Source: Macrostomum lignano
Taxonomy: Eukaryota
Direction of reading: 5' to 3'
DNA length: 57,937 nucleotides
NCBI GenBank assembly: GCA_002269645.1
Contig: NIVC01004148.1
Coordinates: 1-57,937 of the forward strand
Part shown: positions 1 through 12,400 of the stretch, one piece after another
Layout of the letters: each line of letters starts with the position of its first letter
Position numbering within the stretch: the first letter of the stretch is position 1
The notes under the pieces: model-generated
The model's input: the letters and a program-made list of their open reading frames with translations, nothing else
Told to the model about the DNA's origin: nothing
Databases searched by the model: none
Made by a program: the position numbers and the translations under genes

Positions 1-219
1 AACAAAATGCAGGCCAAATTTCATAAACACCTTTTCGGCTTTATTCCGACAAACACTTCAGAAGTCTGTGAAAAACCGACAAAAACTGTAAATATGATTC
101 AAGAACTGGCAACAAATGCTTTTGAAAAAGAGCAGTAGTCAATCGGATTTGGCCTTTATCTCCAACTGCCTACAAAAATCCTACCTATAAGGAAGAAAGG
201 AAACTTTCCTTCGATTATT

Positions 220-2650
220 CACCGAGTGGCATCGATCTTATCGGGAGTAGATGTACCATTTTTACCGATGTTATCGGTTTGAAAACATGGCGGGAATGTC
301 GGCAACATGTCATCATCCGATATAATCGGGGCATAATGCTTTTAAATTGAGCATGTTTTGCGTTTTTTTGAATTTCACGTTGCTAAATGTATAGAACTGG
401 CCTAGCGTATTCATTTGCATAAAATATATATTATGCTTGTGCTTCATGTGTTTGAAACTTTACTCGAGGTCAAGGCTCCCCTCAGTGTGGAGAGTTTTTG
501 TATACAGGCTACAGGTTTTTATAACTATGACAAATATTAATTAATGCTTTTACTTGGGTGCTTTTACAAATTCATCACCATTTACTCTAACCAATAAAAT
601 ATTAATATTATTAATGTTACCTAAGAGTGACAAACTGCAAAACTTCTTCAAGTTAGGCCTACCTAAAAATTGTTTGAAACCTTTAGACCAAAATAGGAAG
701 AATTGATTTTAATTTATTGTCTATATATTTGATTATTTCTGCAAAATTCTTAAATTCTTAAATTCTTCTAGACCTTATAGAAGACTTCTTTCCTTAATTT
801 ATATTAGGAAAACTTTTGAAATATTAATATGGTCATGGATTAACTTAACTATAGCTAAAAACTTTGAAAAGGAAGACAGAATAGGAGTCTAGACTATAGT
901 CCTAGAAGGGGACAGATAGGGTATATCTATATTATATTGTCCTTTTATTGTCGATACTACCAATATATTCCTTATCCTTATGCTAGGCTCCTACTCTCTA
1001 TATCCCTATATCCTCCTTGCCTTCCTTGCCTTCCTACTAGCCCCCTAACCTCTCCTAACCTCCTAAGGATTCCCATATCCTTATTGCTCTCCTACTAGGC
1101 TTTTATCCTCTATACCTTCTATATATTTTTCCTTACCCTATTGCTAGGTTCTAATCCACCAAACACTATGCCCTCATTATCCTCTATATCCTCCTTTCCC
1201 ATCTACTGGGTCTTACCTTCTATAATATATATCCTCTTGACCTCTTATCCTCTTGCTGGCTCCTATCCTCCATATCCTCAATATCCTTCTCTTTTTACTA
1301 GGCTCCTACCCTCTATAGTCTATACCCTCCTTACCCTCCTTCCCACCTGCTGGCTCCTACCTTCCATATCTTCTTATTCTCTTGCTAGGCTCCTACCCTC
1401 CATGCCTTCCATACCCTCTATGTCTCCTCCTAGGCTCCTTTCCTCTATGCCTTCCATGTCCTCCATGTCTCTACTCTCCTAGGCTCCTACCCTCCATGTC
1501 CTTCTTACCCTCCATACCCTCCATGCCCTCCATACCCTCCATGCCTCATAGGTTCTTACCCTCCATGCCCTCCATACCCTCTATGCCTCCTAGGCTCCTA
1601 CCCTCCATGCCCTCTATACCCTCCATGCCTCCTAGTCTCCTACCATCCATGCCCTCCATACCCTCCATGCCCTCTATACCCTCCATACCCTCCTTGTCCT
1701 CCTACCCTCTATACCCTCTTATCCTCCTGCTAGGCTCTTACCCTCCATGCCCTCCATACCCTCATCCTCCTGCTAGGCTCTTACCCTCCATGCCCTCCAT
1801 ACCCTCCATGCCTCCTCCTAGGCTCCTACCCTCCATGCCGTTTTACCCTCCATACCCTCCATGCCTCCTAGGTTCTTACCCTCCATGCCCTCTTATCTTC
1901 CTGCTAGGCTCTTACCCTCCATGCCCTCCATACCCTCCATGCCTCCTCCTAGGCTCCTACCCTCCATGCCCTCCATACCCTCCTTGCCCTCCTACCCTCC
2001 ATACCCTCCTAGTCCTCCTACCCTCCATACTCTCTTACCCCCTCCTAGGCTCCTACCCTCCATACCCTCCATGCCTCCTCCTAGGCTCCTACCCTCCATG
2101 CCCTCCATACCCTCCATACCCTCCTTGCCCTCCTACCCTCCATACCCTCTTAGCCCTCCTACCCTCCGTACCCTATTTGCCCTCCTACCCTCCATATTCT
2201 CTTACCTCCCTGCTAGACTTGCTAGACTCCTACCCTCCATGCCCTCCATACCCTCTTACCCTCCTCCTAGGCTCCTATCCTCCATGCCCTCCATACCCTC
2301 CTTGTCCTCCTACCCTCCATATCCTCCTTGTCCTCCTACCTCCAACCCTCCATACCCTCCTTGTCCTCTACCTCCAACCCTCCATACCCTCCTTGTCCTC
2401 CTACCTCCAACCCTCCATACCCTCCTTGCCCTCCTACTAGGCTCCTACACTACGTGCCATCCTTACCCTCCTTACACCCCTTCCCCGCCTGCTAGGTTTC
2501 TATCTCCCATTCCCTCCTTGCCCTCCTGCTGGCTCGAGCCCGTGGCTCCCACTCTTTGTACCCTCTTTCCCCGCCTGCTAGGCTCCTACTCGCTGTACCC
2601 TCCATACCTTCAATACCCTTTTACTTGCCTGCTAGGATCCTACTCTCTAT
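220..2650 (+). repeat. Left terminal inverted repeat of the KDZ element, with an internal C/T-rich minisatellite (ccctccatg/ccctccata, ctaggctccta units, ~960-2450)
   Basis: 220-~1890 is the near-exact reverse complement of ~14610-16283, with scattered substitutions and 1-bp indels. The inner part is the same repeat family at a different copy number. The inner boundary is approximate. Confidence 0.9.
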
Positions 2651-3057
2651 TTCGTCCTTCCATGCTGGTAGGCTTCTACCTACCATACCCTCTGTACCCT
2701 TCTTGCTATACTTGCTATAATCGTACAAGCTTGGCTTGTCCGCGTGGTGATCTTGTGTCTGAAATTGCTAGGTTGTTGAATGTTCAAAGTCATCCGTGTA
2801 TTAGGTTTCAACAAGCAATTGGTGTCTGGATTGAGTGCTTTCTGTCTAACTTGATTGCCAGTTAATGTGATTTTTTTCTGTGACCATAGGTAGTTTTTGC
2901 TTTTTTTAACTCGGTCGGCTTCACTAGCGTCTAACTTGACTGCCTGTTGTTCAAACTTGACTGCAAAATGCTATATTTCCCCACCTTGTACCCTCTATGT
3001 GATGGTACTCCATCGGCTCTATTTAGAAATTGGTAGCATATTTGCAAACAATTTCAG

Positions 3058-5216
3058 ATGACGAAGAAGGTGTTCCAGCAGCGTAAGGTCAGCGCCTGGT
3101 CTGGGGTGTATAAGATACATGGCACACGTAAGGTTCCTTCTCTCTTTTTGGCTTTCCTATAGGATAAGCGTGCCTGTGTCAGGAAAATGTTGCATTGCAT
3201 TTGTCACGCAAATTAAATGTACATCGTGCGTGTGTGAGAGAGTGAACATTAGATACGTAATCTACGTCTACGTAGTAAAACTTATTAATATCATTCCTTT
3301 CGTTACTTTAGGCAATTTCTCAGCGGAACACATAAATCGGCTAAAAGCTTACTACAATGGTCTTACTGATGAGGAAAAAGCTAATTACGCAAGTATTGCC
3401 AACGAACAGAGGAGCGGTCCGTCTGTCGCAGATCTGGATCGAATGGTTTGTTATAAATTGCAGTGTCATATAAATTTCTTCTTTTTAGCCAGTAAAAATG
3501 AATCAAACTGCATACACTGCACTGAAAATCATTGATCATTTGTTGCTTGTCGTAGTGGGAGCGGGCGCGTGTCAAATTTCCCACCCCATGTTCCCCCAGT
3601 GGCGTAGCCAGGGGCGGGGGGCCGCGGCCCCCAATCGCCTGGGGGGTGGGGCCGCTGAGGGGGGCCCGGGAGGGTGGGCAAGGCAGCTAAGGGGGCCGCG
3701 CCCCTGGGGAGCAGCTTAAGTGCTCATTTTGAACCCATTTAGTGCCCTTTGGCGCCGATTTGACGCCCTTTAGCGCCTATTTGGCGCTATTTTAGCGCCC
3801 AGTTGGCGCTATTTTAGCGCCCCATTGTCGCCTCTTCCGTGCGTCCCCCCCAATCAGAAATCCTGGCTACGCCCATGTGTTTCCCCTGGCTTCTCCTTCT
3901 TTGAAGGCTTCCGCTGATTTCTAGAGGGACGATGACTTCTTACGTGTAGCATGTTAACTTTATTTTTAGGCTCGGTCTCTCTTCAAGGACCACCATGTGC
4001 TGCTTATTGTGAAGCGACGTAATGGCAGGAACACAAAATCATGCGCATCACCCGAAGTGCTGCCATTACTGCACTCTAACGACGCGAATGGCCTTCTCCA
4101 GGTAAGATGCCTTAAATTACATAATATTTATTATAAAATCTTGGTTTTTTGTATTGAATTACAGAGTACAATTTTGGTAAAATTACCCTGAATTATTTTC
4201 TACGCCTTTCCTTGCAGCAGTTTGAACTGCTCTCATCCCAAGAGCCTTCTGGCAATGGCGTGTCTACCAGGAAGCCTACTGTTGACGAAATGCGAAAAGA
4301 AGTCCGAGCTGAAGCAAGAGCCGCATACAGTTAGTTTAATTTTTTGAAAATTAATGAAAATGAATTTTTAGTACCTGGATCAAACAGCATGATTACGAAT
4401 CCTGAAATTATGGCAAAGTTCGTAATGTTCTTAATAGCTAAAGTTTTATGCAAAAAATTATGTTAAACTTTTATGCAAAGTACAATTCAATTAAAACACT
4501 TTCTCCTTACTCCCTGCCCCGTTTTAGTGAAGGCCGGAATGGGTGCGAAAGTAAATTATCGCCAACTTCAGGGGGTATTTCGACCTCATCTAAGCAACCC
4601 ATCAAAGCTAAAAGGACTAGCTTTGCGTCGAGCATACGACACACGCCTCGACCTAGTGTTCCTTCCAGGGCATGAAAATGGTCAGGAAGACAATGATCAC
4701 AATGTGCAGGCTTCTGGCGGCACAGCAGAACACGCTCAGGACGAGAGTGAATCCATGACACTCGATTTTTCTGTGCCGAATCCGCCGACCGTGCTGAATC
4801 CGCCGACCGTGCCGAATCCGCCGACCGTGCCGAATCCGCCGACCGTGCCGAATCCGCCGACCGTGCCGAATCCGCCGACCGTGCTGAATCCGCCGACCGT
4901 GCCGAATCCGCCGATCGTGCCGAATCCGCCGACCGTGCTGAATCCGCGTACCGTGCCGAATCCGCCGACCGTGCCGAATCCGCCGACCGTGCCGAATCCG
5001 CCGACCGTGCCGAATCCGCCGACCGTGCTGAATCCGCGTACCGTGCCGAATCCGCCGATCGTGCCGAATCCGCCGACTGCTGTGCGGGCAAATCGAGCCG
5101 CTTTGCGAGCGAAACCGGCCACTGTGACGCCATCTGTCGGCATTCCGACCATCACTGTTTCGACGTCCAGTACAAAGGCTGGGTTCAGCACCGACGACGT
5201 CGAAGTGGTTTTCTGA
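3058..5216 (+). CDS. Transposon accessory gene: HMG-box-like N-terminus and (VPNPPT)n tail, ~400 aa. Exons ~3058-3127, 3312-3445, 3490-~3550, 3970-4101, 4218-4329, 4528-5216
   Basis: GT/AG-bounded exons splice in phase to give MTKKVFQQRKVSAWSGVYKIHGTRNFSAEHINRLKAYYNGLTDEEKANYASIANEQR, which resembles HMG helices (Y..LT.EEK..Y...A). Later exons give VDEMRKEVRAEARAAYMKAGMGAKVNYRQL. The exon 3 donor and the true start are uncertain. Confidence 0.6.
3597..3877. mobile_element. hAT-like MITE (~280 bp) in an intron of the accessory gene
   Basis: TIRs CAGTGGCGTAGCCAGG / CCTGGCTACGCCCATG. Flanks tgttcccc and tgtttccc form an imperfect 8-bp TSD. GC-rich, non-coding interior. Confidence 0.7.
4770..5075 (+). 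repeat. 18-bp coding tandem repeat (gtgccgaatccgccgacc), ~17 copies, encoding VPNPPT
   Basis: Visible directly. In frame within ORF 4473-5216. Confidence 0.9.
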
Positions 5217-8200
5217 TGCTTATTTTGTTTGATTTATTTAGTTCCAGTTAAATAAATCTTAAAAGCCAGGTGTCAGGATCGGAACATCACATTGAGCAGG
5301 TTTCAAATGTTATCCCGTATTGGAGAAGACAGTTTAATGAATTCTGAAAAAATTGCAGAAAGTAATCATTTTTAAGACCAGAGTTTGCGCACAAAGTGTG
5401 GCCCTTCTTGGACACCCCACACCCGATAGAACGTTGGTTGTCAGTTGTTAATTTCAGATTGTCGATTTTGAAGACGCTTGTGCAAAACAGCAAAAGACAG
5501 CAAATTATCCCTGCAGTTATTTTTGTGCCTGGAATTTTGCAATCATTTTGGCAGCTATTTTTTCAAGACGCATGTAGTTATAGTGCGTGTTGCACTTTAT
5601 ACTTGCGCCCCAATTTCCTGCACCAAATTGTTATTAAATAAAATCTGTTAGTTCATTTCTAGGTCAAGATATGCAATTTTACTCCTTATGGCCGGTTGTT
5701 CCATCTTTTGAGAATGTGTTCACTTTATTTCAGATATTTTTGTTTTCCACTTCTTTTCACTCGATCCGGCAGCTTGGATATTCGTATATGGAAATAAAAA
5801 AATTGGGAGAAACGAAAAAGAGGTTAAATTCTCTTTTAGAAGACACTTTATAAGACAAGTTAAAAATCAACGTTTGTTGAGCTATACATGTACCATACCA
5901 TATCAAACATGCATAGTCTGCATGTCCACGTGTGCACAGATGCACTGGGTGTTAAGTGTCCACTTCTCCAAATGAACTGCAGTCTTAACAGAATAGAAAA
6001 GCAAGTTGTCAAGGTCCTTGGTGCAGCATCTCGGGGCATGCCTTGAGACCTGCATGGTCACGGGTGAAGGCCGCGCCGCCTGCAGTCAGTCAACGAAGAG
6101 CCGAGTTCGCGCCTGTCCTCACAGTTGGGCACTGAAGGAACTGCGCGTGTCATTTGCCCGATGGGACTGGTAATAGTAATCTACTCGTACTTTAGAGCAT
6201 AAAAATTCTTGTTTGTACGGCGAAAAAGGCCGGATAGTGCTTTTTCAGTTCGGTCCAATACTGTGAGCCTGTCTGTTGATGTTTCAGCAAGAATGATATT
6301 GAGCCTGATTTAACTCACAATTGCGCATCGGGCTAGGGACAGGCAAAGTGCAAAGTAAAATCATGTAAATTTCCGGTCAATTTGTGCCCCTGATAAATGT
6401 ATTTAATTTGAGCTGCAAGAAATTAATTATGCCGTTGAAAAAGATTCTGAAAAATTAACCGGTGCAGCTCTATTTGAAAATTTAAAGTACGAGTAGTTCG
6501 ATATAAGGCTTGATCAAACGATATTTCCTCAGAAGTTGCTATAATACACGTAACATAATTTTGTTGAAATGCAAAGTTATTGTTACAGGGCATGAAGTTG
6601 CTATTGATGGGTGGGGTTGGCTTTTTATAATGATTCTATTATTGTAAGGAGTTCAATTCTGCGGATATTGCTCCGTCACAAAGAGACTCCAGTCATCCAG
6701 TTCACCAACCGGGTTGTAAGAGTAAGAATGTGAAGGATGTGAGCTTAAGCGTGATTTGGACGGGTGAAATCACTGAAATATACATTTTATGGTCTGTGCC
6801 GTATCTCGACTGGGCACCTATTGACCAGTGCCCCTAATCCTATGGGCACAAATGAATCTAGAAAAGGGTACGACCTTCGTTCCTGATGGTGTCAATCTCT
6901 TGATGGTGTCAAGCTTACAATTTATTTAATAATGCAAACACGTGATGGTCTAACAAGCGGTGTAAGATAATGCGGTGTAAGATGTTAACTAAAACCCTTG
7001 TAGTCCCAAGATATTTTAGGACTGGTATGTGAACCTTGTAGTGCTAAGGAGTAACTGACAAACAGTTACGATGGACTTAGATACTCACGGTAGACTGGGT
7101 AGATGTCTCAGACTTGGGTTGTCCTTGATCTCAGGGAAAGAATGTTCAAAGGGTAATTAAAACTTTCCTAAGTGTAATAGGCAGAAGGCAAAAGTGGTAC
7201 AAGAGGGCAAAAGCGAAGGAAAAGGAGGGGGCAGGTCACTTCCAGTCCGAAAACTCCTTTTAAAACATAAAGAACGCATCCCATTAGACCCAGCGTCCCA
7301 ACGAATAATGCAAGCCTATCCTATTGAAAAGTTAAATCATGCATTCCAGTCAACCTTCCAATAATGCCAGAGGATAAAATGTTGCTTGAGATGCATAATA
7401 CGGGACGCATTGTTGGATATCGCATTGATAGAAAATCATTGTCATTTTCAGTCACTTCACGGGCAACGAGTGTAGAGTCATCAAAAATCCCATCTCTCTA
7501 CGATTTTGTGATCCCCAGTAGGAAGAATGTGGATACAGTAAATTAGGATTTCTAGATCTAGAAATCAAACCTCATCTGCAAACCTCAATCTTAAATCTAG
7601 ATTTTAAAGCGCGTTGGCCAACCGCAGCCTCGATGCCCGGGGTATCACTGGCAGGTGTGTAGATTGGCCAGGCATTGGCGGGTGCGACAGCACAGTCAGA
7701 AATACATGGTGCGCGAGGTTGCAGGCTAGCGCAAGAGGCCGTTTGGAGGGCGATGCCAAGTGCGCAGAAAACTGGCGGGCGAGGCCGGAAGCGCCGGTTG
7801 CGGGCGCGAGACCGGAGGTGAGTCGCAGTCGGAGTCGTTGCAGTCGAAGGCAGACAAGGCTCAACCGGAGCCTATTGCTTGCACGACCAGAGGAGTCGGT
7901 GATGAAGTCCTTGGCCAGGATGTACCACTGCTATTGCTAGCCATGCAGACCGCGCTCAGTTACCTTAGCGAAGGCACTGACGTCCACAACGGTACCACTC
8001 ATTTCGCAAGACCGATCGGGGGGGTGTAGGGTGGGCTGGTTGCCGGTGTGCACGGGACCCCCTGTGGGTAGACTTCGTGGACGCGTCTTCGGCGGGTAAG
8101 AGGTGTAGATGTACATATACATGTAGATTGAAGCTGGAAATTACAGGATGCAAGACTAAGCTGTACCTGAAGATTAAAACCGGGACAATCTGGACTATAT

Positions 8201-9425
8201 AGTGCACCAGTGAGTGCGCAAGTCGCACCTGTCTAGGCCAAGCGGTTCTTCAATGGCAGCCTGACAAAGTTGGACTAAACTAAGCCTGTCTATATAGACT
8301 TGCATATTTGGAGCACCACCAGGTGCAAAAGTGATTTCTGAATGCCCCTTAATCCGGACAGATCTTGGCGGGATTTGACGTCCCGCACTCTGGGATAATG
8401 TGGAAGCCATGTCCATTAAAGTCCGAGTCTGAAACACAAAATAGATCGCTTTGAATGGAGTGAGGCGATTATTACGTTTGACTTGGCATGCTGGTCCAAC
8501 ATAACGGATGCAGCTATCAGCGCGCCGCAAGCGCCAAATGACACTTCAACTATTGCCCTATCAGCCGACGCAAGCGGCGGCAGAATGGCGCGCATAGCGC
8601 CGAAGCGGCAGCTTTGCAAACTTGCCCTTATACCCCTCACGGAAATCCACACTAATCCTCCAAAAGACCCGGCCCAATCTGCACAACCCCAGCCACCTCT
8701 CCGCCAATCATTTCTTCAATTCTTTCCACTTTCCTTGCACCGGACTGCAGGCAACTTAACTCATTCGTAGTTACGGGACGAGCCACCCAGGCAATTGAAT
8801 CGGCTCAACTCTTATCTCTTGCATCGCTTCTTGCTGTCTCTGGCAGCTGGTGTACATTCCATCGATTCCAGGATTGATTCCATAATTCTGTGAGTGATTG
8901 TTTCGATTCAAGCCCCAAAATTTAGCTACTCACCTGAAACAGCATTGCGAAGTAAAGAAGCAAGCAAAAAATAAGCAGGATTTAACTTTCTCGCTTAATG
9001 TACAACCTTAAACCAATCAATTTAGAGTGACGCACATGTACAATTTGTATTTGACAAAACACACTTCTATATCAAATTTTAAGCAAATACATTATACACA
9101 CTCGCAAATTTGTATACATTTGTATGACTTGCTTGCGAAGCAGAAGCTAATATAAGTAATGTAACTTCAAATACAGAAGTTACAGGAAATACAAGTACTA
9201 GGACTAAGGCTAACTTTAACTAAATATGCATGAGTGGCAGTACAATCACACACGCATTAAGGTACAGAAAACGGCATTTGCTTTGCATTTACAACAAAGC
9301 ATACGCTAGTATTACATGTACTTTACTTCAAGAGCATACAAATAATTTAGAACAATTTAGACTTCATAAAGTCATTGCATTGAGTTTCTCATTTGCCACA
9401 GTTCATGGCTACAATCGGAAAAATC

Positions 9426-12400
9426 CTACTCGTCTTCGGAATCGGATACACCAGAGAAGCTAGAGGAGCTTTCACTGAAGTATTCTGGGAAGTCACAAAC
9501 GCTTTCGGTTTTGGTCATCAGGCTGCTCTGCTCAGCATTGACTCGACGGCGCTCCTCGGTAGAACGAATGGAAAGGATGTAAACCTCAATGACCAAAAGC
9601 TGGACAGGAATTGGAAACCGGCGGCTGACGTGGCGGTCCAATCGTGAGTATGCTTCCGAAGTCGTGTCTCGAAGCGTTGCTATTGAATACTGGTTTCCGT
9701 TGAGAGACCGAAGTTGATTCATCTCCAGTGCCAGCTTCTTGGCCTTGCGCAACAGCAGTCGATACTGATGGATGCCTGGTAAATGCAATGGAAATAATGT
9801 GGCCTACTTGTGAAGATAGCTGATACGTTATCGGGCAATCGAGCAAGTGATTTTATTAACTGTTTTCTTACTTTGCTACTTCATATCTCATACCTGTCAG
9901 TGGCGTAGCAAGATTTTGGTCTGGAGGGTCACGCCAGCTGGGAGGGGGTCATGTGGGTCATTGAGGGGATTTCAAATAGGATAGCAAGAATACTATCCTT
10001 TATCTTCAATAAAGGACTATTATACTATCTCTTTGTATTCAAATTTAATTTCTTTCCTTTCAAAGGAAGATGTTTATGTTCCAATAGGAGCTTACACACC
10101 AATTGTTCGATGAAGCTCTTTGAGAACTTTCCGTTCTTCGACCACCATTCGACGCATGCTTTGGAGCCAATCTCCTGACCGCAGAGCGGAAGCGATTGCA
10201 TCTTCGCAAAGCCATTTTTCTCCCAGTGAAATTAATTGTTGAAGACTAAGCTCTGTACCGGGTGTCCGGATTGAACGGAAACGCTGCTGATTTTTTGAAT
10301 ATTTTTTGCAATTTCTCAGCAAGACAAGCAGCTGTACCATTTATTTTTGACAACAGTAAACAGGAAGGTGTCAGCATTGTTCTCATTCAAAATGGCCGCC
10401 ATTGGCCGCGATCACGCGCTCCAGCCTCTTCCTGAACTGCTGGCACACCTTCCTCACATAGTTGGTGTCCATTCTCTCCCACGCCAGCCGAACAGCAGCC
10501 TGCAGCGCTTCCACACTGCTGTGGCAGGATCTGCAGGCCTCGCTCTCCACACGCTGCCAGATTGAGAAGTCCAGCGGATTCAGGTCCGGACTGGAGGGCG
10601 GCCACATCGTCTTCGGCCAGAAGTTCGCCATGTTGTCTGCCAAGAACTGCTGGGTTGTGGCCGCTGTGTGAGCCGGAGCACCGTCCTGCTGCCACACGTA
10701 CTGTCCGTCAGGGTACTGCTGATGCAGCCAAGGCAGCACGTGCTGCTGCAGCAGCTGCTGGTAGCATGCAGCATTCACTTTGGTGCCTGGGTTGATGAAA
10801 ATGGGGGGACACCTCCGTCCATCACTCGCAACGACGCCCAGCATCATGATGGAGGCCGGGTGCTTAGACTTCATACTGTACTTCACGTGGGCAGGTGTGT
10901 CCGCGCTGCTGGCGGCGCTGATGTAGCGAGTGTTGCGCCTGTTCACGGCTTGGTCACAGGTGAACAGTTTCTCGTCGCTGAACACGCGCACCAGCGAGCC
11001 GTGGTTCTTCACCCACGTGAGCAACTGCCTGCAACGCTTGAGACGCGATACCTTCTGCTTCGAAGTGATGAGGTTCTTCGGCACCACCACCCTGGACACC
11101 ATGCCGAGGTCTTCTTTGACGAGCTCCGACATTGTCGTCTTGCTCATGTCGTGCTCACGTGCCAGTCGGCGAATCGACCTTCGGGGATTTCGGTTGACCT
11201 TCGCCCGGACGGCTGCGACGGTCTTCTTCGTCCTTTTTGTCCTCGGACGACCACCCCCATGTCTTTTGGTGACATCTCCTGTGTCGTTCAGCAGCTTCCT
11301 CACAGTGAAAATCCTCTTTCTGCTCACATTGAGCACTTCTCTGATGTCGCTAGTTGACTTTCCAGCGCAAAGTAATTCAGCGATTGCTCGTCTTTGAGCC
11401 TCGTGCTCAGCCATGGTTAGGAATAAAGCTGCAAGAGTGGATGTATTAAATTCTGTGATTTCTGCTGGTTCTGACACCCATGCAAAATTTTGAATTTTGC
11501 GAAAGATTACGTAATTAACGACGTTTTAAGCAGCGTTTCCGTTCAATCCGGACACCCGGTAATGCAAAAAACGTAGGTAGAAAAAACTGAATTTTCGAGT
11601 ATGCTGATGGGAGGATATTGAAAGAAAAATCACTTACCGTGCCGGGGCTGAAGTCGATTTATTTCATTAACATGTTGAATGACGAGCTGATCCTTCTTCT
11701 CCAGAAGCTTCTGTCGTGACTTTATCCATGCATCTACAGTAATAAAATGTGAATGTTAGCTAGAAACTTAAAACCTTATGAAAAATCAGCTATTCTTATT
11801 TTGACTGAAAGCTTGATGCGCACCCGGGTTAAGACGCAGATGATACATGTTAATAATGTGTGAGACAAGCCGTGTACGACGGTCAATGCGCATTTCTTTC
11901 AAGATTCGCCCGAAAGGACGCAGAAAGGAGAATATGCGCTCGCAGATTTCTCCGTCTGTGATACCAGTGCCAGACACGACGCGGATGGAGTTGTTGAGCT
12001 GAGAGGAAAAAATTTATTAAAAATTTATTCAGAACTAAACTGAGAAGCCCGCAAAATGACAACACCGACTAACATGAAAAGCTCTTTTAAATTATTTGGG
12101 GCTGATTAAAGCTATGAACACAAAATAATGCCCACAAAATGCTATGAGTAAAATGGTAAAGACTCACGCGACACTTAGACTCGTGACCGTATGCATGAAA
12201 AACTGGTACGGCCAACTTCGAAGTGACTTTGTTGCCGAGTTTGCATGCGACATCATAGACAAATGTCACAGCTTCTTCTGGTACACCGATGCGCTGCACA
12301 GCGGCTTTAAGGAGCTTGACAGGGTAGACAAGCCTAAAGATGTGTTGCCAAGTTTCATTTTTAAATAAGGACAACGGAGCAAAAATGAAAAATAAATGCA

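Noticed and set aside
1141-2865. Long Pro/Ser-rich ORFs (352 aa, 334 aa) and their mirror ORFs at 13974-15359
   Set aside because: They are translations of the TIR minisatellite, open in several frames and broken by indels between the two TIRs.
5260-6330. Calling the KDZ centre a Ulp1/C48 peptidase, PHD finger or TET/JBP gene
   Set aside because: Only isolated 4-8-residue resemblances on different strands and frames (HWVLSV, WTCRLC, HVD). No coherent model, so it is left as an open question.
10387-11397. Overlapping alternative-frame and antisense ORFs in maT (229 aa, 155 aa), repeated in copy 2
   Set aside because: They are shadows of a GC-rich transposase ORF with no recognisable motifs. 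Their repetition only reflects the identity of the two copies.
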